From an uncultured Planctomycetota bacterium (GTDB lineage: Bacteria > Planctomycetota > Planctomycetia > Isosphaerales > Isosphaeraceae), in contig CAWGMQ010000010.1 of the NCBI GenBank assembly GCA_963823665.1, positions 960,001 to 1,024,000 on the forward strand: a stretch of DNA of 64,000 bases, written 5' to 3'. The notes under the pieces are model-generated. The model made no database searches and was not told the origin of the DNA. It saw only the letters and a list, made by a program, of their open reading frames with translations. This document shows, piece after piece, positions 49,420 to 58,718 of the stretch. The translations under genes were made by a program, and so were the position numbers. Position 1 is the stretch's first letter; every line of letters begins with the position of its first letter.

Positions 49420-50172
49420 ATGATCGAGCTGATTGGTGTTTCCAAGTCGTATGGCGGATCCGTCGTGCTCTCGAAGCTCGACCTGTCGATCGCTGCGGGG
49501 CAGACTGCGGTGCTGATCGGTCCGAGCGGGTGCGGGAAGTCGACGCTGCTGCGACTGTTGATCGGACTGGTGGCTCCCGACACCGGCTCAATCCGAATTG
49601 GCGGCAAGGAGCTCGCACCGGCGACGATGCTGGAGATCCGCCGCCGCCTCGGTTACGTGATCCAGGACGGCGGCCTGTTCCCGCACTTAAGTGCGCGCGG
49701 CAATGTGGTTCTGCTGGCGCGATACCTGGGCTGGGAGAGCGGGCGGATCGACCGCCGGCTCGGCGAGCTCGCCGAGCTGACGCACTTTCCGAGCGAGGGG
49801 CTCGACCGCTTCCCGACGCAGCTTTCGGGCGGCCAGAAGCAGCGTGTGAGCCTCATGCGGGCGCTTTTCCTCGACCCCGAACTGATCCTGCTCGACGAAC
49901 CTCTGGGAGCCCTCGACCCGATGGTGCGCGCCGAGCTGCAGGCGGACTTGCGCGCGATCTTCCGCACCCTCGGGAAGACGGTCGTGCTGGTGACACACGA
50001 CCTCGCTGAGGCCGCGTGGTTCGGCCACGAGATCATCCTGCTGCGCGGTGGCCGGATCGTACAGCGGGGCGCGATCAACGAGCTGGTCGATCAGCCGGCC
50101 GAGCCGTTCGTCACCCAGTTCGTCAGTGCCCAGCGGCAGATCCTGGCATTGTCTGCCGGAGGAGAGTCTTGA
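49420..50172 (+). CDS. ABC transporter ATP-binding protein, osmoprotectant/betaine (OpuA/OsmV-like) family
   Basis: GPSGCGKST, GYVIQDGGLFPHL, LSGGQKQRV, LLDEP, VTHD motifs. Confidence 0.9.
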   Translation: MIELIGVSKSYGGSVVLSKLDLSIAAGQTAVLIGPSGCGKSTLLRLLIGLVAPDTGSIRIGGKELAPATMLEIRRRLGYVIQDGGLFPHLSARGNVVLLARYLGWESGRIDRRLGELAELTHFPSEGLDRFPTQLSGGQKQRVSLMRALFLDPELILLDEPLGALDPMVRAELQADLRAIFRTLGKTVVLVTHDLAEAAWFGHEIILLRGGRIVQRGAINELVDQPAEPFVTQFVSAQRQILALSAGGES

Positions 50173-51647
50173 TGCCTGGAATCGTTTTCCTCGCCGGGCT
50201 TCTGCTCGGTGCCCAGGAGGCAGAGCCGACGGTCCGGGTGGGATCGAAGGTTTTTACCGAATCGGTGATCCTGGGCGAGATCGCCCGCGGGCTGATAGAG
50301 CAGGCGGGTACCCGAGCGATTCACCGGCGCGAGCTGGGCGGAACACAGGTCCTTTTCCATGCGCTCGAATCGGACGAGCTTGATGTTTACGCCGAGTACA
50401 CCGGCACCATCTCGGGCGAGATTCTTTCGGGTAAGGGAATTCGCGACGAGAGCGCGATGCGTGCGGCACTGGCGGCTCGCGGGGTCGGAATGAGCCGGCC
50501 GCTGGGCTTCAACGACACGTACGCCATCGGGATTCCGGAATCGATTGCGGCGAAACGCGGAATTGCCAGTCTTTCCGACTTGAAGCGTCATCCCGAACTG
50601 AAGCTCGGGTTCAGCAACGAGTTCATGGATCGCGCCGACGGATGGCCGGGTCTGCGTGACCGGTACGGACTTCCGCAGCGCGACGTGCGCGGGCTCGACC
50701 ACGATCTGGCGTACCGGGCGCTTTCGAGCGGCCAGATCGAGGCCACCGATCTGTATTCGACGGATGCCGAGATCAAGCAGTACAGCCTTCGCGTGCTTCG
50801 GGACGATCTCGGTTACTTTCCGAGCTACGAATGTGTGTGGCTCTACCGCGCTGATTTGCCCGCACGGTCGCCGGCGGCCTTCAGAGCCCTCTCGCGACTG
50901 GAAGGCAGCATCACTGCGCTGGAAATGGCGGGGATGAATGCGCGGGCGAAGCTGGATCGCGTGCCCGAAGACCGCGTGGCGGCCGAATTCCTGGAGGCGA
51001 AATTCGGCATTGCGTCTCAGGTTGAGCACGAGACCTTTGTCATGCGACTGCTGCGGCGACTGAAGGAGCACCTGATGCTCGTGGGGAACTCACTCGGGGC
51101 GGCAATCGCAGTATCGGTGCCGCTGGGCATTGTCGCCTCGCGGGCCGCACGTCTGGGCGGGCTCATCGTGACAGTGGCGGGTGTGATCCAGACGATTCCG
51201 TCGCTTGCGCTTCTGGTTTTCATGATCCCCTGGCTGGGAATCGGTGCCAAGCCCGCGCTCGTGGCGCTCTTTCTTTACAGTCTGCTGCCGATCGTGCGCA
51301 ACACGGCTACCGGCCTCACGGACATCCCGGCATCGCTGCGCGAGTCGGCCGAGGCGCTCGGCCTGCCGCCTCTGGCGCGGCTCTTCCAAATCGAGCTGCC
51401 GATGGCGTCGCGCGCAATACTTGCCGGCATCAAGACGGCGGCAGTCATCAACGTCGGCACGGCGACGATCGGAGCCTTGATCGGCGCCGGTGGGTTCGGA
51501 CAGCCGATCTTGACGGGCATACGCCGCGACGACGTGTTCATGATCCTCACGGAAGGGGCGATCCCCGCGGCGGTGCTAGCGCTGGTCGTCCAGGGAGCGT
51601 TCGACCTGGCCGAGCGATTCTTCGTCCCAAGGGGGCTGAGACTTTGA
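50172..51647 (+). CDS. Fused substrate-binding + permease ABC component, glycine betaine/ergothioneine family
   Basis: VGSKVFTES.ILGE, DVYAEYTGT, GFNDTYAI, YSTDAEI (OpuAC-like), then QTIPSLALL, LYSLLPIVRNT, ESAEALG (EAA), GAGGFG. Start overlaps the ATPase stop (TGATG). Confidence 0.9.
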   Translation: MPGIVFLAGLLLGAQEAEPTVRVGSKVFTESVILGEIARGLIEQAGTRAIHRRELGGTQVLFHALESDELDVYAEYTGTISGEILSGKGIRDESAMRAALAARGVGMSRPLGFNDTYAIGIPESIAAKRGIASLSDLKRHPELKLGFSNEFMDRADGWPGLRDRYGLPQRDVRGLDHDLAYRALSSGQIEATDLYSTDAEIKQYSLRVLRDDLGYFPSYECVWLYRADLPARSPAAFRALSRLEGSITALEMAGMNARAKLDRVPEDRVAAEFLEAKFGIASQVEHETFVMRLLRRLKEHLMLVGNSLGAAIAVSVPLGIVASRAARLGGLIVTVAGVIQTIPSLALLVFMIPWLGIGAKPALVALFLYSLLPIVRNTATGLTDIPASLRESAEALGLPPLARLFQIELPMASRAILAGIKTAAVINVGTATIGALIGAGGFGQPILTGIRRDDVFMILTEGAIPAAVLALVVQGAFDLAERFFVPRGLRL

Positions 51648-52622
51648 TCAGCAAACTGTCAAATATTGAACCGCAAAATATTCATTGGAGTCAACCCACT
51701 GACGCGAGAGCTTGAACCCGGCGTCGGAGGTGAGCCTCGCGAAGTGTTCGAGGGTGTATTTGTAGGAGTCTTCAGTGTGAATCGTTTCGCCCTGGCGGAA
51801 GGTGAAGGCTCGCCCGGCCACGTGGACGACCTGTTCCTTTTCGCTGACTAGATGCATTGCCATTCGCTGTTCGGCGCGAAGGTATGAAGCGCGGTGGGTG
51901 AAGGCGGAAGAGTCAAAGTCGGCGAAGAGCTCGCGATTGATTCGCGCAAGCACGTTCAGGTTGAATGCCGCGCTCTTGCCGTGGCGATCGTTGTAAGCGG
52001 GCCAGACGATCGATTCATCCTTGTCCAGGTCGAACCCGATCAAGAGGCTGCCTCCCTCGCCGACGAGCCGCGCAATTTGATTGAGCAGGGTCTGGGCAGA
52101 CGCGGGGCAGAAGTTGCCGATCGTCGAGCCCGGGAAGTAGACGACCCGACGCGCCACGGGATCGCCGGTATCCGGCAGCGAGAACTCAGCCGTGAAGTCG
52201 GCGTGGACTGGAAAGAACTGCAGCGAGACGAAGCTTCGCGCAAGATCGCGGACCGATTTCTCGAGGTGCTCGCGAGAAATGTCAATTGGAAGATAGGCAC
52301 GCGGCGGCCGAAGCGCCCGGAGCAAGAGCCGCGTCTTCAAGCCGCTGCCGCTGCCAAACTCAATCAAGTCGCAATCTTCACCGATCGCTTCGGCCATCTC
52401 GGGAGCGTGCGCACGAAGGATTTGCAGCTCGGTGCGCGTGAGATAATACTCGTCGAGCTCGCAGATCTCATCGAACAGGGCCGAGCCGGCGGCATCGTAG
52501 AAATACTTGCAGGGGAGCGCCTTCTGCGGCCGCGAGAGACCTTGAAGCACATCGCGCAGAAACTGTCTGCGCCACGAGATCGTGGCGCCATGTCCGGGAA
52601 TGGTGGCGTGTGATGCTGTCAT
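51648..52622 (-). CDS. egtD: L-histidine N-alpha-methyltransferase (hercynine synthesis)
   Basis: KALPCKYFYD..GS.LF..IC.L.EYYLTRTE, LIEFGSGSG.K, FPGSTIGN, AYND..G..AAFNLN, IHTEDSYKY. Start overlaps the egtB stop (ATGA). Confidence 0.9.
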   Translation of the reverse strand: MTASHATIPGHGATISWRRQFLRDVLQGLSRPQKALPCKYFYDAAGSALFDEICELDEYYLTRTELQILRAHAPEMAEAIGEDCDLIEFGSGSGLKTRLLLRALRPPRAYLPIDISREHLEKSVRDLARSFVSLQFFPVHADFTAEFSLPDTGDPVARRVVYFPGSTIGNFCPASAQTLLNQIARLVGEGGSLLIGFDLDKDESIVWPAYNDRHGKSAAFNLNVLARINRELFADFDSSAFTHRASYLRAEQRMAMHLVSEKEQVVHVAGRAFTFRQGETIHTEDSYKYTLEHFARLTSDAGFKLSRQWVDSNEYFAVQYLTVC

Positions 52623-53923
52623 GTGTCTTTCGCCAGGCGCACGCCGCTGAACTGCCAGCGCGCATCGGGAGGGAAGAAGTTCCGGTAAGTCGCCCGAATA
52701 TGAGAGGCCGGCGTGGCGCACGACCCGCCGCGGAGCACCATCTGATTGCACATGAACTTGGCGTTGTATTCTCCGAGCGCGCCCGAGGCGGTGCGCAGAC
52801 CTGGGTACGGCGAATAGGGGCTACCAGTCCATTCCCAGACGTCGCCGAAGAGCTGTGCAAGGCTTGTGCCATCGCTTGCGGGGCAAGGGTGGAACCTGCC
52901 GTTTTCGAGGAAGTTGCCCGAGGGATCACGATCGGATGCTGCTTGTTCCCACTCGAATTCGGTGGGAAGGCGCGCGCCGGCCCAGCGGGCGTACGCGTCC
53001 GCTTCGTAGAAGCTCACGTGACACACAGGCTCGCAGTCGAGGAGGCGACGGAATCCGCCGAGCGTCATGATCCAATAATCGCAGTCTTGTCTTTCCCAGT
53101 AGAGTGGCGCTTGCCAGTGCGCTGTGCATACGGTATTCCATCCGTCGGAGAGCCAGAGCTCAGGGCGACGATAACCGCCGTCGGCGATGAACTCGACGAA
53201 CTCACCGCTCGTGACGAGGCGTGAGCCAAGCAGAAAGGGTTCCAGATAAATGCGGTGCCGCGGACTTTCGTTGTCAAACGCGAATCCACGGCCATTGTAC
53301 CCGGCCCACTCGAGCCCACCGGGATGGAACGACCAATCCATGGGCGGAGTCTCGGTTTTCGGGGCGGTGGCCGCGCCTTCGCTATAGGCAGGCCTGAGGG
53401 GGTTTTGTGCCAGCGCGTGTTTCACGTCGGTCAGGATGAGCTCCTGATGCTGCTGTTCGTGGTTCAAGCCAAGCTCGATCACGGCTGCTAGGTCGGCAGC
53501 GAGGGTATTCCCGGCGGCATCGAGAAAGCCGATCATCGCCTGGTCGATGCTGGCGCGATATGCGTAAACCTCGTCGAGGCCCGGCCGAGTGATCAGGCCG
53601 CGATGGGGCCGCGGCAGGCGGTCTCCGACAGCGTTGTAATAGGAGTTGAAGAGGAATTTGAACGATGGATCAAACGGTTCGAATGCGGGGGCGTATTGAC
53701 CCAAGACGAACGTCTCGAAGAACCAGGACGTGTGCGCCAGGTGCCACTTCGTGGGGCTGCAGTCAGGCATTGATTGAATCTGGCAATCCTCGGCTGACAG
53801 CAGGCGCGCGAGCTGCTCAGTCTGGCGGCGAACGGCCGAGTATCGCGCGCGCAAACCAGTCTCATCGAGCTGATGGCTAAGCCCGTCGACCGCCGCGGCT
53901 GCTGACAAGGTGCTCGATCCCAA
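52619..53923 (-). CDS. egtB: Ergothioneine biosynthesis sulfoxide synthase (DinB + FGE-sulfatase domains)
   Basis: QSMPDCSPTKWHLAHTSWFFETF, LFNSYY, GLNHEQQHQEL, FDNESPRH, RLPTEFEWE, GEYNAKFM, TYRNFF. Confidence 0.9.
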   Translation of the reverse strand: MGSSTLSAAAAVDGLSHQLDETGLRARYSAVRRQTEQLARLLSAEDCQIQSMPDCSPTKWHLAHTSWFFETFVLGQYAPAFEPFDPSFKFLFNSYYNAVGDRLPRPHRGLITRPGLDEVYAYRASIDQAMIGFLDAAGNTLAADLAAVIELGLNHEQQHQELILTDVKHALAQNPLRPAYSEGAATAPKTETPPMDWSFHPGGLEWAGYNGRGFAFDNESPRHRIYLEPFLLGSRLVTSGEFVEFIADGGYRRPELWLSDGWNTVCTAHWQAPLYWERQDCDYWIMTLGGFRRLLDCEPVCHVSFYEADAYARWAGARLPTEFEWEQAASDRDPSGNFLENGRFHPCPASDGTSLAQLFGDVWEWTGSPYSPYPGLRTASGALGEYNAKFMCNQMVLRGGSCATPASHIRATYRNFFPPDARWQFSGVRLAKDT

Positions 53924-54160
53924 CGCGGATTCCCCCAGAAGCGCTCCGACCGATTACGGCCTGTCTTTGCGTAGCAATCGATATGCCATAGCATTGTCAT
54001 TTTTCCGGCGCAATGCTAGACCCTGGGAATGATCATCGTTTGAGGGGATTGCGCTGGCTGAGCAGGCATAGTCTGCGCGGGAAGGCGGCTTGAACGGGCG
54101 ACCCGAGGCGGATAGGCTTGAACTAGAGTTACGATCGCTCGACTCGGCGAGGTAAGGAAG

Positions 54161-54865
54161 ATGTCCGGTCAAGCCCAGGTAGCGGATCCACCGCGCACAC
54201 TCGTCGAGGGCTTGCGGCTCGACCAGCGGGAGTTTCATGCACTTTATCAGGCGATGCCGCCTGGCACGCGCGCCGAACTAATCGACGGAGTCGTCCACAT
54301 GCCCAGCCCTTGCGGCATCGATCATGGCACGGCGCAGGTCCCTGTAATCGTGTGGCTTGCATACTACGCCGAGTTGACGGATGGGGTTCAGGTGCTCGAC
54401 AACGCGACCACCATTCTCGGTTGGAAGAGCGAGCTGCAGCCCGACGGATTGCTGCGCATCTTGCCGGAATGTGGTGGTCGCACGCCGAACGTGAAGGGGT
54501 ATGTTCATGGTGGACCAGAGCTGATCGTCGAGGTTGCCAGGGCGACCCGCTACATCGATCTGGGCCCAAAGCTAGCAGACTATGAGCGGGCTGGAGTTCT
54601 TGAGTACGTTGTTCGAACGTTTGAGCCAGACGAGATCTTTTGGTTCGTGCTGGAGAAGACCGGATTGGTGCAGCGGGCCGCTGGGGAGGGTGGGCTATAC
54701 CGGTCGGTGGTTTTTCCAGGGCTCTGGCTCGACCCGGTAGCGCTGATCCGAGGGGACACGCAACGGCAACGGATCGTTGTGGAAACGGGTTGCGCTGAGT
54801 CCGAGCACGCGGCGTTCGTGGACCGATTGGCACGCACCAAGTCGGGCGAGCAAGTTTCCGCATGA
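54161..54865 (+). CDS. Uma2 family (DUF820) PD-(D/E)xK endonuclease
   Basis: RAELIDGVVHM, QPDGLL, PELIVEVA, K..YERAGVLEY, FPGLWLD. Confidence 0.85.
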   Translation: MSGQAQVADPPRTLVEGLRLDQREFHALYQAMPPGTRAELIDGVVHMPSPCGIDHGTAQVPVIVWLAYYAELTDGVQVLDNATTILGWKSELQPDGLLRILPECGGRTPNVKGYVHGGPELIVEVARATRYIDLGPKLADYERAGVLEYVVRTFEPDEIFWFVLEKTGLVQRAAGEGGLYRSVVFPGLWLDPVALIRGDTQRQRIVVETGCAESEHAAFVDRLARTKSGEQVSA

Positions 54866-55683
54866 ATCAGTGGCGGCCGCGCTGGCCATTTCGGAAAGCA
54901 AAACCCATGCCGACGGCTGACGAGCTATTCCGCGCCGAGCTGGACCGACGTGGCATCGCGTTCTCCCTCACGCCCGAAGGAACCTATGCCGTCGATCTGG
55001 GCGGCGCGAGCCTGGACGCCAGTCTGGACAACATCCGGCGCGACTACGAGCGTGACGGCGATGCGGATGCGATTATCCGCTTCGTGGATCGTCTGACGGT
55101 TGACTACTTCGCTGATATTCCATCATGGGATGATGTTCGCCCTTATCTTCGCTACTCGCTGGAAGGAATGTATCACGGCACGTTGCTCGACGACGTGTTG
55201 TTCGATCGGGTGACGGATGAACTGTGCAAGATCTACGTGTATACGCCGCCGGATGTGTCGTACATCACGTGGATCAATCATTTCACGGTGGAGGGCTGGG
55301 GCGTCAGTCGCGACGAGATCGTCCAGCAGGCCGAACTGAACATGCGCGAAATCGTGATGAACACCCAGGTTGAGTGCAGTGAAGTGCACGGCGTCAAGCT
55401 GGGATTGCTCTCTACGCACGAGACTCCCTTCAAGGCCTCGCTCATCCTCTCGCCGGCGTTCCGCGACCTGGTTTCGCCGGTGCTCGGCTGGCCGGTGTAC
55501 GTCGTCGTTCCGTGCCGCGATTTCGCCTTTGTGATCTCGGTGAATGAACGCGATTTCCTGCCGCGGATGGGCAAGGTCGTGATCCAGCAATTCCGCGAGT
55601 CGGGCTACCCGATCACGAAGGATGTTCTCGAGATCTCCGACAGCGGAGTCGCCGCGATCGGCACTTACCCGGATGGCGAGTAA
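54862..55683 (+). CDS. Hypothetical protein (DUF1444-like)
   Basis: Coupled ORF (ATGA overlap) with WGVSRDEIVQQAELNM, ASLIL and VVVPCRD patterns. The start could also be 54907. Confidence 0.55.
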   Translation: MNQWRPRWPFRKAKPMPTADELFRAELDRRGIAFSLTPEGTYAVDLGGASLDASLDNIRRDYERDGDADAIIRFVDRLTVDYFADIPSWDDVRPYLRYSLEGMYHGTLLDDVLFDRVTDELCKIYVYTPPDVSYITWINHFTVEGWGVSRDEIVQQAELNMREIVMNTQVECSEVHGVKLGLLSTHETPFKASLILSPAFRDLVSPVLGWPVYVVVPCRDFAFVISVNERDFLPRMGKVVIQQFRESGYPITKDVLEISDSGVAAIGTYPDGE

Positions 55684-56425
55684 CACGTTCGTGCAACTAG
55701 AGTCAATCGCACTACTGCATCAGGGGCTCCCGCGCGAAGGACCGGGCAGCGATGATTGTACGCGGGAGGCTCTGAGCCGCTTGCCGGTGATGGCCCCAGG
55801 CGGAGTCGTCCTCGACCTCGGCTGCGGGCCGGGTCGTCAGACGCTTGTGCTGGCGAAGACGCTCAACACCCCCGTGATCGCCGTTGATATCCACCGGCCT
55901 TATCTGGACCAGCTCAGCCACAGCGCGGTGATCGACAGGCTCTCACAACTGATCGAGACTCATTGCGCTGATTTCGGGGCGTTGGACTTCCCGGCGGGAT
56001 GCGTCGATCTGATCTGGTCGGAAGGGGCCGCGTACGTCCTCGGCTTCGAGGAGTCATTGCGCTGCTGGGGCAGGCTTCTCAAGCCCGGCGGGCTGATGGC
56101 CGTGAGTGAATGCACGTGGCTCATGGAGTCTCCGCCGGATGAGCCGCTCGAATTCTGGCGGGCGGGCTACCCCACGATGGGGACGATCGACCAGAATTGC
56201 CGGCGTGCCGAGGGCGCAGGGTTAACAGTTCTCGATACCTTGGTTTTGCCCGAATCGGCGTGGTGGGATGAGTACTACACGCCACTGGCGGGACGAATCG
56301 CGCAATTGCGCCACGCTGCCGACGCGAGCTTGACGGCAGTCCTCGATGAAACGGAACGTGAGATTGCACTGTTCCGTCAGTACAGTACATGTTATGGATA
56401 TGTATTTTATCTCCTGCGAAGGTGA
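55673..56425 (+). CDS. Class I SAM-dependent methyltransferase
   Basis: LPREGPGS, VLDLGCGPG, DLIWSEGA, LKPGG, YGYVFY motifs. Confidence 0.85.
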   Translation: MASNTFVQLESIALLHQGLPREGPGSDDCTREALSRLPVMAPGGVVLDLGCGPGRQTLVLAKTLNTPVIAVDIHRPYLDQLSHSAVIDRLSQLIETHCADFGALDFPAGCVDLIWSEGAAYVLGFEESLRCWGRLLKPGGLMAVSECTWLMESPPDEPLEFWRAGYPTMGTIDQNCRRAEGAGLTVLDTLVLPESAWWDEYYTPLAGRIAQLRHAADASLTAVLDETEREIALFRQYSTCYGYVFYLLRR

Positions 56426-56449
56426 TGCCGTGCGGATCGGTTTCGACGC

Positions 56450-58495
56450 TCACTTGAGCAACTGACCACCTCGCGCATTCAGCATCTGTGCATCCCTGCG
56501 ATCGTTGTATTCCTTGGTCGTGAGCGTCTCTGCCGGCGCACCGTCGCCCCAGATGTAGAAGACGTTTTTCTCGACGTCGGCAACGCCGATGCCGCGGGGG
56601 TAACGGAAGGCGAGCTCCTTTTCGGTAACGGCGCCGTTGACCTGGACGTCGTGAATGAGCGTCTCGAGGATGAAGCTCGGGTTGTCGGGCTCGTCGGACC
56701 GGATCCGCTTGCGGCGAATAGTCTTCGCAAGAAAAATGCCCGGCGCGGGCTCCTGGAATTCCATCACCTGGATACGGTCCTGGATTTCCAGGTCGCCTTT
56801 TCCGTCTCGTTCCGACTTGTCGACACGGGTGATTCGCTCGCTTTCGATGACGGCGTTTCCGTGGCGCGGCGAAATCCTGATGAAATAGGAATAGTACTTT
56901 CCCTCAGGCAGCTCGTGCCGGAGGTCCCAGGCCTGGTGTCCCGGCGGAGCCTTGAGCTTTAGCTCATGAACGACGTGGCCTTGCGCATCGCGGTGCTCGA
57001 GGGGTTGGCTGCCCGCGTTCAGGTCGGCCTCGCAGAGGTCGCGGAGAGAGTACATGGCGTCGAGCAGCGTCCCCAGCAAGTAATCGGGCGCGAGGCCGGT
57101 CTTGTAGCCGCCCGGGCCAAACGTTTGAGGAGGCTTGATCAAGCCGCCGATCCTGTTCTTCGTCTCCAGTTCGTAGAGCATGGTGACCGGCTCTTCGGGG
57201 GGATTAGCCGGGTCGTAGCCGGCCATCGACCGGATGCCGTCCGGGCCGAACAGCACGTCCGTTTCTCCTCGGGGTGGTTTCAGCACTTCAAAGGTCTCGC
57301 CGCCCCTCAATAGACGATGGGTCGTCGAATGAGCTCTCTCCCTCAGCCCGCTCTTGCAAACTTTCCAGGTGACCAGTTCTCTCCAATTTTTTCCGCCGTC
57401 GAAGCTGACTCGCTCAACGATCGTGCATTTGAGTGTTTGAATTTGCTTTTGATTTTGCTCGTGCGCGAGGACGAGCGCCTGAAATTGCGGAAGGAGAGCC
57501 CGCGATGCGGGTTTCGGGCCGGCTTGGCCGGGTGTTGCTGGCTGCTTCTGCGGGAGCGCAATCGGCGTGGGAACGGCCGTGGCCGGTGGCGCAGACTGCG
57601 GCACCTTCGCGTGCTGCGCCAGGACCACAGTCCCGAGAGCTCCGGCGATCAGGAACGCGGCAAGCGCCACGAGCCGGATGGTGCTAAGCAGCATGGATCG
57701 AAGCACGCTGCGAGCCAGGTTCGCAATCGCCGCGGGGATCGCGGGTTCTCCGGACACCAGGCCGCTTACCGACGACCACCATGATGCGTGCTGAACGGTT
57801 GACGCGGCCAGGGCCGAGGGCAGGGGGGGCAGCACGAGTCGAAGCGCTTCGCTGGTGGCCGCTGGTAGGCCCGACGCGAGTCCTCGATTGCGAAGCCGCG
57901 ACGCCAGCTTGCGACGTGCCCGATGAAGCCGGCCGCGCAGGGTCGGCTCCGTCACGCCGAGCTGCCGTGCCGCTGCGTCGTAGGAGAGTCCCGCGAGCGA
58001 ACAAAGGACAATCGGTGCGCGAAGATTCGCCGGCAGATTGGCGATTTCCTGCTGGATCACCTGGTCGGCGTCGCCGTCGAGAATGGGAGAGGCATTTCCA
58101 TGCGGCGCGGCGACATCAGCGCAAAGCGGGACCTCGGAACGCTCGCGCCGGGCTCTCCGCCGCCGCGCCCTCCGGGCAACCCGGCTGGCAACGCCATAGA
58201 GCCACGGGCCGAGGGACTCGCGAACCCAGATCGCATCGCCCTTGCGCACGAGCACCAAGAACGTTGCCTGGAACGCATCCTCGGCGTCATGCGGGTCGAG
58301 GATCAAGCTGCGGCAAAGGCCCAGGACCATCGGACCATGCCGCTCGACCAGAATGCGGAACGCTTCCTGGCCGCTCGCACCGCGATCCGTCCGGAAACGC
58401 TCGAGCAGCTCGCGGTCGGTCAAAGCTCCCAGATTGCCCGCGTTGAAGAGCGCATCCAGCGACCGCCATTTTGATTGTGCCAATCGCGTCGTCAT
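56450..58495 (-). CDS. ECF sigma-70 factor with transmembrane helix and large extracytoplasmic C-terminal extension
   Basis: LTDRELLERF, AFRILVERHGPMV, DAEDAFQATFLVL, GLSYDAAARQLGVTEPTLRGRLHRAR; hydrophobic LVALAAFLIAGALGTVVLA. Confidence 0.85.
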   Translation of the reverse strand: MTTRLAQSKWRSLDALFNAGNLGALTDRELLERFRTDRGASGQEAFRILVERHGPMVLGLCRSLILDPHDAEDAFQATFLVLVRKGDAIWVRESLGPWLYGVASRVARRARRRRARRERSEVPLCADVAAPHGNASPILDGDADQVIQQEIANLPANLRAPIVLCSLAGLSYDAAARQLGVTEPTLRGRLHRARRKLASRLRNRGLASGLPAATSEALRLVLPPLPSALAASTVQHASWWSSVSGLVSGEPAIPAAIANLARSVLRSMLLSTIRLVALAAFLIAGALGTVVLAQHAKVPQSAPPATAVPTPIALPQKQPATPGQAGPKPASRALLPQFQALVLAHEQNQKQIQTLKCTIVERVSFDGGKNWRELVTWKVCKSGLRERAHSTTHRLLRGGETFEVLKPPRGETDVLFGPDGIRSMAGYDPANPPEEPVTMLYELETKNRIGGLIKPPQTFGPGGYKTGLAPDYLLGTLLDAMYSLRDLCEADLNAGSQPLEHRDAQGHVVHELKLKAPPGHQAWDLRHELPEGKYYSYFIRISPRHGNAVIESERITRVDKSERDGKGDLEIQDRIQVMEFQEPAPGIFLAKTIRRKRIRSDEPDNPSFILETLIHDVQVNGAVTEKELAFRYPRGIGVADVEKNVFYIWGDGAPAETLTTKEYNDRRDAQMLNARGGQLLK

Positions 58496-58718
58496 CGTGA
58501 TCCCCCCCCCGCCGGACTGTTCTCCGCTCGGATTCTTCGTTTTCCTCAATCATACAATGCCGCGCCGCGAACGATCCTCACGTTAATGACTCGAATTGCG
58601 CATCGAGCGGCGGTACGTTAGGTGCAAGAGACCGCGGTTGCACGATCACGAATCGCTCGAGGCGGCCGGCTCAGGCCGGGCCGCGGGCCGGACAGGAACC
58701 ACCGTACCCCGAGCATTT

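Noticed and set aside
52619..53923. Sulfoxide synthase as selenoneine SenA or ovothiol OvoA
   Set aside because: No adjacent senB/senC and no fused C-terminal methyltransferase; it is coupled to a typical egtD.
58501..58512. C9 homopolymer upstream of the ECF start as a phase-variation tract
   Set aside because: It sits at the RBS position on the minus strand, and homopolymer lengths are unreliable in this error-prone sequence.
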